DNA from: Planctomycetota bacterium
Lineage (GTDB): Bacteria; Planctomycetota; UBA1135; UBA2386
NCBI GenBank assembly: GCA_965228735.1
Contig: OZ245838.1
Location: 6,880,001-6,944,000, forward strand
Reading direction: 5' to 3'
DNA length: 64,000 nucleotides
Position numbers and translations under genes: made by a program. Of this stretch, positions 62,707 through 64,000 are shown piece after piece. The notes below the pieces were generated by a model. That model worked only from the letters and a program-made list of their open reading frames with translations, made no database searches and was not told the DNA's origin. Position 1 is the stretch's first letter. Every line of letters starts with the position of its first letter.

Positions 62707-64000
62707 ATGCTGCCGGCGGTGGAGTCGCTCCGAAACGATGCGCTGGCGTGGCCTCGGTGGCGCGTTGTCGGGGCGATCATCGGCTGCCTCGTCGCTACGG
62801 CGGTGGTGTTCTGGCCGGCGCTGCGCGCCGAACTCGTCTACGACGACGAGTTGATCATTCGGCGCAACGCGGCGTTGCGCGACGCCGATTGGGTCGGGCT
62901 CATCACGGAACCGTTCTTCGTCGCGCAGGCCGGCTACTGGCGACCCGTGACGTCGATTGCGATGGCCGGTGCGTATGCCGCGGCTGGCGTCGTCGGCGTT
63001 CACCTGCTCGCGCTGTTGGCGCACGCGTTCACGGGGGCGGTCGTGTTCTTGCTCGGGCGACGGTGGCTCGCGTCGGAGCTCGGCGCCGGTGCGGCCGCCC
63101 TGGTGTTCTTGTGGCACCCGGTCCAGGTCGAGAGCGTTGCGTGGGCATCGGCAGTGAGTGGTTCGATCGCTGCGTCGTTCGGGCTGCTCGCCGTTCTGGC
63201 GCTCGGGCGCAGCGAAGAACGCGGCGCCGCCTGGCCGTGGCTGCCGGCCGGGCTCTGGTTGCTCGCGGTGCTCGCGAAGGAGAGCGCCGTGGCCCTGCTG
63301 CCGATCCTGTTCGCCGTTGCTCGATGGGGGCCGTCGCGCGAACGCGCCCGATCCTCACTCCGGCTGCTCGCGCTTCTCGGCGCTACGCTCGGCGTCTGGG
63401 TCGTCCTGCGTGTCGTCGTGCTCGCGCAACCGATCGGGGTCACGGGCGGCGACGGCACCGGCGCCGGCATCTGGCGCGAGGTCAGCGCGCCGGCCGAACT
63501 GCTCCTGCGGCACCTACAGTTGCTGCTCGTGCCGTGGCCGTTGACCCCGTTCCACCCCTTCTCGGCGACGATCTCCGTGAGCGGTGCGGTCGCGCTGTTG
63601 CTGGGTGCGATCGCGGTCGTCGCCGCGATCGTCGTCGGCTGGCGCGTTGGCGGTAGCCGCCTCGCGCCGCAGCGGGCGTTCGTCGTGCGCCTCGGGCTCC
63701 TCCTGGTCATCCTGCCGATCCTGCCGCACGCCGCGTCGTTTCGGGTGGTCGGCGCCTACCCGCTCGCGGAGCGCTACCTCTACGTGTCGACGGTCGGGTT
63801 CGCGCTGCTCGTCGCCGTGAGCCTGCGAGGGCGATGGCGGTGGCTGCTGTGGGGTGGTTGCGTGCTGGCTGCGGTCATGAGCAGCGCGCAGACCTGGGTC
63901 TGGCACGACCAGCGCGCGCTCGTGGAACACGGGCTGCGGCACGCTCCCGAGGATCCGCTGCTGCACGTCATGGCGGGCAACCTGGAACTCGTCGGCTGGC
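62707..64000 (+). CDS. TMTC-like GT-C membrane glycosyltransferase (partial, runs off the right edge)
   Basis: Not in the ORF track. Manual translation gives LVYDDELII.RN, YWRPV, HPVQVESVAW, LAKESA, AERYLY; many TM helices. Confidence 0.88.
   Translation, partial: MLPAVESLRNDALAWPRWRVVGAIIGCLVATAVVFWPALRAELVYDDELIIRRNAALRDADWVGLITEPFFVAQAGYWRPVTSIAMAGAYAAAGVVGVHLLALLAHAFTGAVVFLLGRRWLASELGAGAAALVFLWHPVQVESVAWASAVSGSIAASFGLLAVLALGRSEERGAAWPWLPAGLWLLAVLAKESAVALLPILFAVARWGPSRERARSSLRLLALLGATLGVWVVLRVVVLAQPIGVTGGDGTGAGIWREVSAPAELLLRHLQLLLVPWPLTPFHPFSATISVSGAVALLLGAIAVVAAIVVGWRVGGSRLAPQRAFVVRLGLLLVILPILPHAASFRVVGAYPLAERYLYVSTVGFALLVAVSLRGRWRWLLWGGCVLAAVMSSAQTWVWHDQRALVEHGLRHAPEDPLLHVMAGNLELVGW

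Overview
High-GC bacterial chromosomal window. Gene content (TIGR02999-type ECF sigma with a Ser/Thr kinase-TPR partner, DUF1570, DUF1580-like protein, M56-prenyltransferase fusion, large secreted proteins) suggests Planctomycetota, by inference. Bases 1-54190 hold about 40 accessory genes: signalling proteins, small regulators with visible operators, and secreted hydrolases and cytochromes. Three things stand out. (1) A probable unannotated selenoprotein (49273-50526): two ORFs are joined by an in-frame UGA in a SelN-like thioredoxin motif, directly followed by a SECIS-like hairpin. (2) A complete 8,280-bp element is integrated in tRNA-Gln(UUG), with 45-bp att repeats at 54288-54332 and 62568-62612. 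It carries an intact tyrosine integrase, candidate arm-type sites, an AlpA/Xis-like gene, a wHTH initiator with a 22-bp-period iteron array inside its gene, coupled small ORFs, structured non-coding segments and a membrane cargo gene. I recognise no capsid, terminase or relaxase, so it is a candidate new minimal phage-satellite-like element. (3) A divergent ECF sigma/kinase pair shares one palindromic CATG as both start codons. All family calls come from motif recognition by eye; no database searches were run.
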